Origin: Chrysomallon squamiferum
Lineage: Eukaryota; Animalia; Mollusca
Reading direction: 5' to 3'
Length of the DNA: 64,000 bases
Assembly (NCBI GenBank): GCA_012295275.1
Contig: CM022669.1
Location: 7,936,001-8,000,000, forward strand
Below, piece by piece: positions 27,920-40,244 of this stretch (positions are counted from its first letter, which is position 1; every line of letters begins with the position of its first letter). The notes beneath the pieces are model-generated. The model saw only the letters and a program-made list of their open reading frames with translations. It was not told where the DNA came from and did not search any database. Made by a program: the position numbers and the translations under genes.

Positions 27920-28287
27920 TATTCACTTCACTGACATTTCACGCCTGTGGGTTCTACACATTAAATTTGTCTTCATCACTTTTCAATTAAGAATTCTTTT
28001 ACAAAAAAAATAAGTGCAGTTTCAATTTGAGCATAGGAATTCTAACAACTGCAGTGATAATGACTGGATGAAATTAATCTTCGGTTACAGCAGCAGCAAA
28101 CTGGTGTTATTCAGTGTTTTTATCATTTACAAATGTTGGTGAGATGTTTTAGCCATGTTGAGAATTTATTTTGTAGAATAACAATTATAAAATGTCGCTG
28201 TATTTTCAGTTTGGTACAGATTGTAGTTTTTGGATATTTTTTCTGTGGCATAACATTATTTTACATTTAAAATGTGAAAAGATACTT

Positions 28288-29015
28288 AAACATTTTATTA
28301 ACACTAATATGCAAAAGAAAAATTGTTCTGAATTGCATTTTAACATTTTTCATGACATACAGACTTTTGTTACAATAACAGATTTTTCGAAACCAGTTAT
28401 CAACATTAAGTGTTAAAGCTATATTAAAAAGAATTCTACTTTTTGTTTTAAAAGTTAAATTATTTTCGTCATAAATTGTCATCACAAAAGACAACCTAAA
28501 ATAATTTTTCTGAAACAAAATATTTGCAAAAATTGATTATTTGTTCATGAAAGTCAATTCCCTTTGTATCAAACAACATTAATATTTTCATCATTAATAT
28601 GAACATACATACCTATCATCTGTTTTTATTGCTGAATTATTTTACATTAAACATTTTACGAATATTAATATGCAAAAGAAAAATGTTCTGAATTGCATTT
28701 TTTAAAAATTTCATGATGTATGGACTTTTGTTATTATAATAGATTTTCTGAAACCAGTTATCAACATAAAGTGTTAAAGCTATATTAAAAAAAATTGTTT
28801 TTTGTTTTAAATGTTAAATTATTTTTTGTCAGAAATTTTTTCACAAGAGAACCAGAAATAATTTTTCTGAAACAAAATATTGGCAAAAATTAGGTGTCAT
28901 TTTTTGTGTTAAAATTGATTATTTTTTCATGATAGTCAGTTCCCTTTGTATCAAACAACATTAACATTTTCATCATTAATATGTAAGATGTATACCTGTC
29001 ATCTGTTTTTACATT
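28288..29015. repeat. Tandem duplication of a ~350-bp unit downstream of the RBM8A stop (probable 3' UTR)
   Basis: Copy 1 ~28288-28628 and copy 2 ~28648-29011 share long collinear blocks, e.g. aatatgcaaaagaaaa..gttctgaattgca, gaaaccagttatcaaca..aagtgttaaagctatattaaaaa and ttccctttgtatcaaacaacattaa. Confidence 0.9.
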
Positions 29016-29727
29016 AAAATATATTCTAGAAAATTAGTTTTTGTGCTTTAAAAGCAGATTAAATTATTCCATAATAGTTAAGATGTAAATGAGAGGGGGG
29101 GGAATAGAAATCTGATACACATTTGTTGTGATCTGAAAAAGATTATATCATTCATTTGTACATTTTTCATGAATAAAACTTAATTTTAATATCTTGTGTC
29201 TATTATTGTTTGCTTCCTTTAATGAATTGTGCAGTAAAATATTAATATTAAATTCCATTGGAAATTAGTAAGAGTTTTGATACAAACTAAATGTAATAAG
29301 GAGATAATTGCTGTTGGAAATTTGTAAAATATTTGTATTACTCTTTAATTATGTATACATGTTAGTTCGGTGCATTTTAATATTAAAGATCATAATTTAA
29401 TCTTTTTTTTTTATTATAATAAACAACAGAACAACAAAAGTAATGAATAAATAATGTATTATGTTAAAAACAGTATGACAACATGATTTTGCAATTCGTA
29501 AAACTTGATGATATTCCATAAATAAAAATCTCTTTCTGCCATTAAACTTGATAAATGTAATAGAAATCTGATGATCAGATCATAATAAAAACCCATAAAA
29601 AACCTGGTCAGCCATATTTTCATCTTGTTTTTAACTTGCACTGGCCAAAGTAAAATTAGCGTGATTTATAAATAAAACTTCAGTTTTTCAGTTTGTAGGT
29701 TACTTCCATTTTTTAATAAAATCAGAT

Positions 29728-31786
29728 TCACATTTTGGGGTAATCCTCCTTTTCATATGGTTCTGGCTCATTCCAGTATTCCTCAATAGGTTTACTGAAA
29801 GCATCATTCTTCCTGAAAGCAGTATCACCTGTCTTTACTTGTGAAACACCCTGTGTCAAAAAAATAATAATCAGTAAACAAGAAATCTACACAGTTTTAA
29901 TAACAATATTACATAATTTTATGTGTGTGTGGAGAAATATTAAACCAAATATTTGCACATACTCAAACATTAAAAAAAGCAATATATTTATTACATTTTA
30001 TTGTTTATGGAAAGTTATATTTATATAACTGCAATATTAAAGAGTATTACCACTATTAATTATACAAAATAAAATTATAAAAATAAACTATAATGTAAAA
30101 GGTACGTCACTTACTGTTATCTTGTCCTTGTGTTCTGTCCAGAAAGTTACAGGTTGCTCAGTTTTATAATCATGAACCTGAAAGAAAGGAAAAAACAGTA
30201 AAATCCTTGAAGATAATTTAACAACAACAACAGTGGAATGATAGATATTAAAAAAAAAAAAAAATAGAAAACAAATTGTTTAAAACCTTTTATTACAAAT
30301 ATATATATTTTTATGATAAAACAGAGCAAGAAAATTTGTTTTCATCACTGCAAGGTATAATGTTTAATTTGTTTAAGTCAAAGCTTTTCGATACTTACTG
30401 CTGTAGGTGCTGGTTTGACAGAGACAAAATCATCTTTGTTGTAATCTTTCATCATCACTGACTTGTACTCCTCTACTTCCAGTGGAGGTTCTGTATATTC
30501 TACTTCTTTCCTGTGAAAGTTAGTTAATAATTATGAATTTTTAGAATTTTTGTCTTAATGATCTGATTTTATTTTAAAAAAATATATATATATATTTTTT
30601 TTAATATTTTCTTATTTGCATTATTATTATTATAATTTTTGTTTTAAGTATGATGGGCATGGAAAACTAAATATAGAAATTAAGAAACATAATTAATATT
30701 GTCTTATATACTTTAACAACTGGCACGAAAGAGATGCATGAAGGTAAATGACAGCAAATTAAAAACAAAATTCTTTAAATAACTTACGCAGCTTGTTCAA
30801 AATACATCAGCTCCTTCAACTCCCGTCTTTTACCTAAAAAAACACAAAAAAAGAAAACACATCTTTTAAAATTCCTCATATTTTGGTTGAATAAAAGTGC
30901 ATTAATAACAGAAATAAAATTAGCATAAAATTAATGTGTTAAACTTCAATGTTGAGTTCTAAATGCCATCAAAAATTCTATTTAAAAATAACAAACTAGT
31001 AATAGTACAAGAGATAATAAAAATGGTGATGTAATAAATACAAGCCTACCTTTTTTACGAATGCTTAATAACTGTGGTGGTGTGTAGGTTTCACGGACTA
31101 TTGTTAGATTATCAGGCTTGGCATCAATATTTTGTGTAAACAATCCTTTGTGGCCTCTACGGTAATGTTCAGCTTTATTGTCTAAACCTCTTTCATCAGG
31201 ATAAAGTGACTGAACTTCTCGCTTCAGAAAGAAAATAAAACCCATCAAATTAATAAAATGAATAATAATAATAATAATAATAATAATAGTACTGTTTTTT
31301 TGTTATAAATTTACATGTTAAAACTTAAGGGGTTTTAATTCAAATCAGAAAAAAAAAAATAAATAAAGGTAAAATTTTAAACTGATTAAATAAATATATT
31401 TATATCTCTTTGTTTAATTACTGCGAAATAATTGTACATTAGGTAAAAATTATTTCGACTTGAACAAAATCAACATGAACATTTCTGTGAAGCATTTTTA
31501 CTTATTTGTCGATTTTAAATTATATCGACGACGTTAGCATTTAAAAACAAAAGAAAATATGTCCGGTAGATTATTATTTCGTTATTTGACCGACGAAGAG
31601 TAAAAGTTTTTTTACATGAAAAGCAATCGTTATCGTAAATAAAATATAAACAGTTTTTAAAAAACACTGATAATTCGTGTTAGATTTAAATCGATTTCTT
31701 ACCTCTTCGACCCAGTTTTCTAATAAACATTTCGCATCAGAATTATTGAAACGGATTTCATTTCTTCCATCATTTAAAATACTCAT
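29728..31786 (-). CDS. SPAG8: Sperm-associated antigen 8 homolog (ciliary microtubule inner protein), ~199 aa
   Basis: Six minus-strand GT-AG exons, phase-consistent: 31786-31703 (..KCLLENWVEE), 31221-31050 (R..GHKGL..), 30833-30788 (GKRRELKELM), 30510-30399, 30177-30115 (HDYKTEQPVTFW) and 29850-29728 (GVSQVKTGDTAFRKNDAFSKPIEEYWNEPEPYEKEDYPKM*). They match recalled SPAG8 motifs CLLYNWEEER, GHRGLL, GKREAM, HDY..EQP.TFW and GVS.I.T.DTPFRKN.SFSTP. Confidence 0.88.
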
Positions 31787-31836
31787 TTTGCCTAAAATCG
31801 TAACACCAAAATGTGTCTTATTCTTGGTTGTTTATA

Positions 31837-31924
31837 CGGAAGTCTAATGGCGTCGTTGTCATGGTAGGCTACACGGTGCAGCCGAAATGCTTACCCGCGA
31901 TAAATAATCTATCACGCATGCGCA
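31837..31924 (-). promoter_or_regulatory. SPAG8 proximal promoter: ETS, YY1-like, RFX X-box and NRF1-like sites
   Basis: CGGAAGT ~31837, AATGGCG ~31846, GTTGTCATGGTAGG 31855-31868 (X-box consensus GTTGCCATGGCAAC) and ACGCATGCGCA 31914-31924. All lie in a CpG-rich patch 50-140 bp upstream of the ATG. Confidence 0.6.
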
Positions 31925-32309
31925 ACATTTTGTGCAATTAGTATCAGTTTCTCATTAAATGATTATTATAATTATTTTGTTATTTTAGTTTGATATCCAA
32001 TAAGATATATTATGATGTAGGAATGTTACAGTGAAAAATAAATAAATAATAAAATAAAATAATAATACTTTTTAAATGCAATAAACAATAAGAAAACAAA
32101 CAAACAAATTAGCAAGCAAACATCTTTAAAATATTATTAATGTTAACCGAAAAAACAAAAGTTAATTTCTCGTAAATTATTGTTCTTGTTGGTAATAATA
32201 GTGTTGGTGCTCCTGATATTTTTTTCTCTTGTCGATTCTGGGTAGTTTTGAAATATGTAACTGATTTTAACATTTTTTTTATTTTTATTTTTTATATGTT
32301 TAACATTTA

Positions 32310-32344
<35 letters not shown>

Positions 32345-32425
32345 TTTATTTATTTATTTCGTGTGTGTGGGCTCAAAATAATCGAAATCTTGCATATATA
32401 TATATGACTGTTTTTCCCTCTAGAT

Positions 32426-32593
32426 CAGTAATGGGCAAACTGCGTCCCGCAGAGCTTTCTGAAAGGCACACCTAATTTCAGGAAGAAAATAACTTTTGTT
32501 AATAGTTTTCTAATAAACATTTCGCATCAGAATTATTGAAGCGCATTTCATTTCTTTTATTATGACCTACTCGAAAAAGATTGCCGTCGCCCG
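32426..32593. mobile_element. Non-autonomous hAT (Charlie/Buster-type, MER58-like) MITE, 168 bp, carrying a fragment of SPAG8 exon 1
   Basis: Left end CAGTAATGGGCAAACTGCGTCCCGC and right end GAAAAAGATTGCCGTCGCCCG are degenerate TIRs. The 8-bp target duplication is cTCTAGAT (32418-32425) / aTCTAGAT (32594-32601), matching the NTCTAGAN preference of Charlie/Buster elements. Confidence 0.75.
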
Positions 32594-33299
32594 ATCTAGA
32601 TAAATGGCCGATTATTGGATGTAACGTGTCCTCGCAAGGAGCTTATAATTTTCTGATATCACATATAATTGGACGAAATCCACTTTCTGCAATCATGTCT
32701 GGCAGACCATGCAACTGTCGTTGCTATCTAGCACATTCAGTAATTTAGTGTAAGTGATCCGTGAAAATGCTGAAAAACAGCAGTAATTTCCGATACGTTA
32801 TACATAAACCCGATATGAATTTGATCCGTTCATCATCACAGTAATGATTTTAATGTGAAAGCGAAGACAGATTGAATATTAACAATTTCGCAGTGTAAGA
32901 TGAAAGTCTGTTGCAGGGACCGTTCAACGGTTTCTTAATTGCCGAATTTTTGTTTTCTCTTCTTCTTTTTAATTTTTCTTTCATCCTTTTTTTCTATTCC
33001 TTTTTTTTTTTTTTTTTTTTTTTTTATTTGTATTTTTAAAATTGTTTTTATGACTAATAATATTATGGGTCTTTTTTTTCTTTTTATTAATTGTTTTTTC
33101 ATACTTTATTTATTAGTCTATTTTTTTCTTCGTAATTTTTCTCTCTTGCTGTGTAAATGGCACCGAAATTCAAGGAGCTACGGATGCCGATATTAATCAT
33201 AATGTCTGACACGTGTATTAAACGTCTCGAGTTTATCTTAACATATCTTAGCATGCTACTTGTCCTTTATAAATAACAGCAATTCAACAACGGGTTTAA

Positions 33300-33897
33300 G
33301 TTAAACGGGTATTACAATGAAATCGGCTTGGAATCTCCCCCCTCCGTCGACGCACTCGTTTCGAAACGACACAGGACGAAGCCTTCTGAGATTAGTCGCT
33401 GTGTAAAAATGGAGATAATTTTAAGCCGATTGGCGAAAGTTTACACGGAAGATTACCGGTTGTAAAGCAAATCACAACACGTAGGGCGAAGGTAACGGGT
33501 AACTTCTCCCAGTTACACTTATCAAATGAATTACCGTTTCAAGGCGTGTTTGGCTGTCGCTATATGACAAAGCAGACGAGAGAAGTTTTGCACAAAAAAA
33601 ATACCTGGAAGTAAACACGTCAAGGGAGATCACACGTGAATCACGCAGACGACATAACTAGACTGAAAAAAACGGATTGAAAAGCTTCTCGTTATCATTG
33701 CTATCGTGTTTATAACAGATACTATCTTTTTATTTATTGATTTATTATTTGTGATTTAAATAACCCAGTTTTGCTGGATGTCGATCTGTATTTTAAAAGT
33801 AGAGAGCTGAATGGCCGGCCTACTGCTTGTTGCCAATGTACTGACGGATATATCTGATACACATACACATGGATAATTAGTTAGTTACCTCTTTAAG
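33300..33897 (+). promoter_or_regulatory. Probable promoter and non-coding first exon of the FAM184-like gene
   Basis: CpG-rich island with ATTGG (~33429), X-box-like GTCGCTATATGACAA (~33556) and E-box CACGTG (~33633). It ends in a strong donor AAG|GTAAGT at 33897/33898; the next good acceptor (ttctatctatag) is at 36760. Confidence 0.5.
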
Positions 33898-34084
33898 GTA
33901 AGTTTTTATTATGGAGGCTTTGTTGCTTGTTAAATATTATGTATTTTATTAATAATTTAACATATTCGAAGAAAAGAAAATGATAATGTGTCGTTAGAAT
34001 TAATTAGGGTGCCGATGCCTTATTAAATATTTCTAATTCTGGGTAGAATGTCAGTAAAGTATAAAGTATACACCAGATAATGTA

Positions 34085-34266
34085 CAGACATGCATACATA
34101 CATACATAAATACATATATAGATTCATACGTCTCTGCCTACCTATCTATTTAACTACATACATACCCATACAACATAAACACACACACAAACACACACAT
34201 ATACGAACGTACATAGATACATACATACATACATACATACATACATACATACATACATACATACAT

Positions 34267-34297
<31 letters not shown>

Positions 34298-34300
34298 TTC
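34085..34300. repeat. (TACA)n/(CA)n microsatellite
   Basis: Read directly; explains the spurious HTYI-repeat ORFs here and at 34704-34919. Confidence 0.9.
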
Positions 34301-35309
34301 AAGACTAGGTCGTAATTAAAGAGTAATATATCACATATCTTGATTATATGATGTTCCTTTTGGCCTCCGTCACATTTAAGGTATTAAGCTATCAGTTATT
34401 TTACAGATAATATGAACAGCTATTTTATGCGTGTCACATACGTCTGATATGCCTGAGCTCACGTTTTAATGATTAGAACTACTCGTTGTCTATTAACTGT
34501 CGTTCACGTGATTTGAATATTTAAACTCTATAAAGACTGTTTGTATTGAATCGTGTTGGAACATGCTGTTTATTTTGATACTGGTAGTGTTGCAGGTTCA
34601 AAAAAATAAAAATCTCTTGATAAATGTGTGAGTGCTGCTGTTGACTAATACTATTAGATGAAGTAAATGGCGATATATACTTTTAATTAGATTAATGTAG
34701 AGTATGATATGCAGACAAATCAATTATTATATATTTTGTATTTTAGACAAGCACACATACACAAATACTCATACATATATACGTACGTACATACATACCT
34801 ATATACATACTTTTATACACAAACATATATATACGTACATATATACATCCTTATATTTAAATATATGTTCCCGAACAAATGTATTAAAATACGTTGAAAA
34901 TATAATATATTTAACATAATAATTTTATCTAACCAAACACACACACACACACACGCACACATGCTAACACTTAAAACTAATAAATACACATGAACGTAAA
35001 AGGTTTACAATAAAGCTTCTTGAAGGGATACAATAATTTCACTTAACAAAAGCCTTTCTTTAACTTCACACCTTCTTTCACTACCAACAGTGGAAGACTG
35101 CCAAAAACACACCAATACTTTTAGTAGCTGCTTTGTGTAAACGTTCAAATGTTTGTCATGAGTTTAATAATCAGTCTTTGCTAGACATCATCTACCTATA
35201 ACGGATAGTGCTTGTCAGTTATATTTACTGGAAAAGGAAAATTCTGAGCCTGCTGGATCAAAATCTAACATTATCGGTATGTTTAATTATATATTTTGTC
35301 ACATAGTGA

Positions 35310-35510
35310 AACTATTACTGCTATTATAACTACAACAACAACAACAATAACAACAACAACAACTATTACTACTATTATTATTATTACTGCAATTACAACT
35401 GCAACCACAACTACATCTACAATACAACTACTATTTCTATTGCTACAACAACAACAACTACTACTACTACTACTACTGCTGCTGCTGCTAATATTACACC
35501 TACTACTGAT
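35310..35510. repeat. Compound (ACA)n/(ACT)n/(GCT)n microsatellite
   Basis: Read directly; explains the spurious poly-T/poly-L ORF 35296-35517. Confidence 0.85.
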
Positions 35511-36861
35511 TAAATAATTTATTAGTAATAAAGTGCTACTGCAGCTTCTAATACTATTGGTATATATGTGTTGCTGCTATCCACTACATGGACTAGTACT
35601 AATACTTTTACTGTTTATCATAATAATAAAAATAATGTTAGACTGACAATATCAATAAACTCAGCACATTATGATTAATATACGTAATCATTATTTTCAT
35701 AAACACTAGTTTAAACATTAATTATAAAGAATAATTTCGGAGATTATACTCTCTGACGATATACTAACATTAAATTTAATCATTTTTATCAGACATTTAT
35801 ATCATATTAATAGATACTGTATACACTGGTATGCACCGGTATGCACTGGCAATGAAAAGAAATAATAATGAATAAAAAAAAAAATTAAAAAATTCTTTAG
35901 CGATAGATAAATGGCTTCACACAAAAGGGCGATAAGCCAGTATAAAATAATACAGGTGAGTGAGCAGCGACTATGACAATCAAGACGTCCTGTTAGTCCA
36001 TTGTTTGCTACAATGGTGACACCAGTTCGATAAGATATTAGTAGTCAGAGGTATTAGAAATCCATTGCCAGTCGTAATCCAGTCTCACGAACGGTACGTA
36101 CACTTAATTATGATTTATTTGCTTGTCGATTCTTCTTGGGTCGGTGGTGGTGGTGTTTTATGTGGTGTTAAAGGAAAGGGTGCTGTGTTTACGCTTAGTC
36201 AAAGAATGTTCAAAAATTAAAAAGAGTTTAAAAGAGAATTAAACATATATTCTTTTATTCACACAAACACAAATACATACACACAAAAACTGGAAAGAGA
36301 AAAGACAGAACGCTATAATTATTTGGAAACGTTCAATGAACTTAAGTGAACATAAATAATTTAAAAACGCATACAGAGTATTACTATTAAAATTATCTAT
36401 ACAGTACATATGTTATTCCTAGCAGGATCGTTGTAAAAGATGCGTCAAAGCACAGAAAAAATATTTTGTATAATTTAACTGATTAAGAACCTCGCAACTA
36501 AAGAAATAAACACAAAAACACTTAATTATTATATTACAAATATATTTTGGCCGTTCCATATCAAATTAAGACGTCCTTGGCTATAGATAGCCATCGATGT
36601 GGCCAATATCCTTCACTTACATCGACCCCAAAAATCCGACACGGGTCAAATGTCGTACACTGAATGTACCTTATTATTCCACTGCATCTGCTAAATGGTC
36701 GATAAGCCGTGAATATTGCCTAACTGTACATACATTCCTTTTTTTCTTTTCTATCTATAGATTATGATCGGATACGGATTATCGACTAAACAGGATTTAG
36801 AAACCTTGAAAAAATAAAGCCTCGCTGATATATCGGTGACAAAGCTGAAAAGAGAAGCGAG

Positions 36862-39007
36862 ATGGATAAGACGCAGAAAAGTTTCGAGTTTCGAATGTCC
36901 AAGAAAGTTGCAGAACTCACACAAGTCGTGCACATGCTGTTCACGAGAAACCACGAGAAAGAAGTGGAAATCGAGGCTCTTAAAGACGCGTATGAATACG
37001 AAATTCAGCTGGTTCTGGAAGACGCCAAGCAAAGGATAAGCAACCTGGAAACGAAATTGGACGAGGCACATTCGCGAGCGGATGCTGAAGAAGCAAAATG
37101 GAAATGTCTGATGGACGATCAGATAAAAACTAAAGAAGAGGAGTGGAAGAAAAAACTGTCCGACAACGAAAGAGTTTTGCAAGATGAAAAAATGAGTGTC
37201 AGAATCTCAGAGATTTACTTATTAATGCTCAAAAAGATATCGAACTGTTACGTCAGGGTGTGTCGGAACAGTTAACTTTCAAATGTGGTGAGTTGTGTAA
37301 ACGAGACAAGGAGATAGAAAGACTGAAAAAGTATGTCACTTGTTTGGAAAAAACACTCAAGGATTCTGAAAAGGAAGCGAGTAACGCCATTCGCGAATTT
37401 GAAAAAAGCAACTCGAAGTTAGAACAGGAACTTACCAGCTTGCACGAGCTGCTGGAAGAGAGTCTTCAAATAAAGGAACATCTAGCGGGAAAGAACAAGC
37501 AGTTGGAACAGGACTTGAAAACTATGAAAAAAGAATTCAATCGCAAAGTGTCTGAAATAGTTAATAACCAGAATGGCAGACCGCCTCGTTCTGCGTCCAG
37601 CTCAGTAAGTCTGGTGTGTAATATTGTTTGTTCTGCACATTTGAATATTAAATAAATAAGTCATTCTTAGGACATTCAAGATTAGATAATATTCACATAA
37701 CTACGTAGATATTTAGTTTTATTTTCTCAAAGAGAATCATTAGACTTTCTAAATGATGCTCAGAACACGGAGACAACTTTTATTTGAATGATGCATCTTT
37801 AATTCTTTTTTGCACTCTTCTTCTTCTGTCTGTCGTTCGTGTATTTAATAAATAACACCGTCTCTCTGGCGTCTGTTAGCCTGAAATACAAATCACAATA
37901 AGAATTCATTCATTCAGTTGCTACTGTTGTAGTTGTTGTTGTTATTATTACATTTTGTCAAAGAATCTGTATATTTGTTGATATAAATATTTATCTATCA
38001 TTTATTTTCTTATTCACTTTCATGTATTATAATATTTTAAATAAATAATTTTATATTAGAACCAAAATGATGAACTAGAAAGACTGAGGAAAGAAGTACA
38101 GAGATATCGTTTAGAACTGAGTAATCGAGACTGGAATTTTAATCGGATGTTTACCAACCAACAGCCGATTTTCCTCGATCAGAGGAAGGGCAAAACGAAA
38201 AACACAAAACCACCATTGCAGAACCAACAGAATGGCTACCCTCAACCACTTCCGCCATATGTTGTCAGCCAATCCGCAGATGGTTTACAAACATCGAATA
38301 ACCATTCGCTACCTCCGACACGAATATCGCATACACCAAATTCTATTCAGCCAGCTAATCGAGAAAAAACTCAAATAACAAACGGTTTTAATGAGGTATT
38401 AATATACAGAAATAAACTAATAAAAATGTGTTTAATGTAATTAATTAAATTTAGATAATTACAGTCATTGTTACCTGAAAATTACGTTGGTGCGCATATT
38501 TATATGATTATTTATTTGATTGGTAGTTGATTGATAAATATTTATTTATTTATATTATAAAATATTAACATATTATAATTTATTATTTTAAATATATATA
38601 TATATATATATATATCTGGGAAAAAATAATTATTCGTAGATTATAAATTAATAAAATAAATAAAATGAATATATATATATATGGGAAAAAATAATTATTC
38701 GTAGATTATAAATTAAATAAATAAATAAAATGAAAATTTAAATGATTTTTCTCTAAAATGAAATTATAGTTTGGTGCACTTTCTTTTGTTCAGAAGTATA
38801 TTTCAAGCTGCTTTCAACCTCTGTTTTCAGTCACATTCGCCGGTTTCCGGTTCCGTTTCATCCACGGCATCGAATACACGATCAGGCTCCTCTCAGAGTC
38901 ATCTGCCCTTGATAGGACCTACTTCAGCATCTAGTGATTACAAAGCCAGATTAAGAACTTTAGCAAAGCCAAGACCATTATCAAGAGAGGCTCTGTTTGG
39001 AAAATAA
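36862..39007 (+). CDS. FAM184-family coiled-coil protein, compact form (~418 aa), with a 1-nt frameshift near 37190
   Basis: Exons 36862-37604, 38060-38395 and 38831-39007 (TAA). The N-terminus RMSKKVAELTQVVHMLFTRNHEKEVEIEALKDAYEYEI matches recalled FAM184A KMSKKIAQLTKVIYALNTKNDEHE..IQALKDAHEEEI. The C-terminal motif YRLELSNRDWNFNRMF matches YQLELVNRETNFNKVF. Adding one A at 37187-37192 joins ORFs 36862 and 37260 (QDEKNECQNLRDLLINAQKDIELLRQGVSEQL). Confidence 0.85.
38594..38735. repeat. Tandem duplication (~63 bp x2) in a FAM184-like intron
   Basis: (AT)n-gggaaaaaataattattcgtagattataaatta..aataaataaaatgaa occurs twice in tandem. Confidence 0.85.
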
Positions 39008-39145
39008 AAAATATGAAATTTATTGCGATCTTTTTAAATTAAAAATATAATATGTGAAACCTCTTAAACAATGGTAAGACATTCAAACCGAAAAGAATAT
39101 GAGAAGACATTTACATTATTTATTTATTTATTATTATTATTGTTA

Positions 39146-39208
<63 letters not shown>

Positions 39209-39574
39209 GCAATTTATAAAAGCAAGAACTGGTCATTGTAGCTCATGGTTCTTGCTAAAGTGTTATTATTTTGGAAAAATAAATTATTTGTTAGAAAAAA
39301 AAAGTATAATCTTATTGAGTTGTTATTATTTACAAAAACAAAACATAATTTCTCTATGCTTTCAACTGATTAATTATTTTATTTATTTTCCAAACCATTT
39401 ATAACAAAACAACAAACAAAAAAGTAGAAGAAAGATCCAGTTACGTTTATACATAAATGACATTATGATGCAGTAGCAGTTGTTTATATATATACTGCTA
39501 ATAAGAAACTGTTTATATTAATTTAGACACCGATATCTGTCGCCTATTATACCGAAAACTAACTTCAACCAGAA

Positions 39575-39625
39575 ATAGTTCCACCATGAGTGATCGATCC
39601 GACGACCCTCAGCGCACTTTGACCT
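39575..39625 (-). mobile_element. tRNA-derived SINE head fragment
   Basis: ttccaccatgagtgatcgatccgacgaccctcagcgcac; the reverse complement contains GGTCGTCGGATCGATC, a B-box-like GGATCGATCC variant typical of mollusc SINE heads (recollection). Another degenerate tRNA-like head lies at ~51875-51945 (-). Confidence 0.45.
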
Positions 39626-39915
39626 GACATTTTACGTCAATAGAAGTATTAAAATATTAATAATAATACGCTAGTGTCTCGCCAAAAAGCTATCAAAACA
39701 ATAGGAAGAATTTCAAAGACTGAGAAACAATTGTGAAAATATTAGTATATATAGTTGCAATAATAAATAAAAAGACATGAGTAACAACAGAATATGATTT
39801 TAAGCTGCGGTTCTTCTGAAAATGGTTATGTAACAGCCTTTTTCGTCTTTCGTTAATTAATTTTCTTTCTCCGTAATGTTTATTTCTTTTTCTAATGTTT
39901 ACGATTTTTGTGTAT

Positions 39916-39967
<52 letters not shown>

Positions 39968-40005
39968 AACTAAAATACAGTATGTTACACTTTTGTCGTT
40001 TCTTT

Positions 40006-40051
<46 letters not shown>

Positions 40052-40244
40052 CATCATCTTCCTCTAGTTCTTTTTTCTTTTCTTATTTTTTGTTATTTAA
40101 TTTTTGCGCTTTCTGTGTTAAGAATTATAGCCTATTTAACGCGGATCAAACCCACTTTAATTTGCAAAAAGTGGACTCGTCCAAATTATATGTAGACATC
40201 AGCTTCCCGTGCAAAGTGTGGATGCTCACTTGCAGCCTCTAGCA

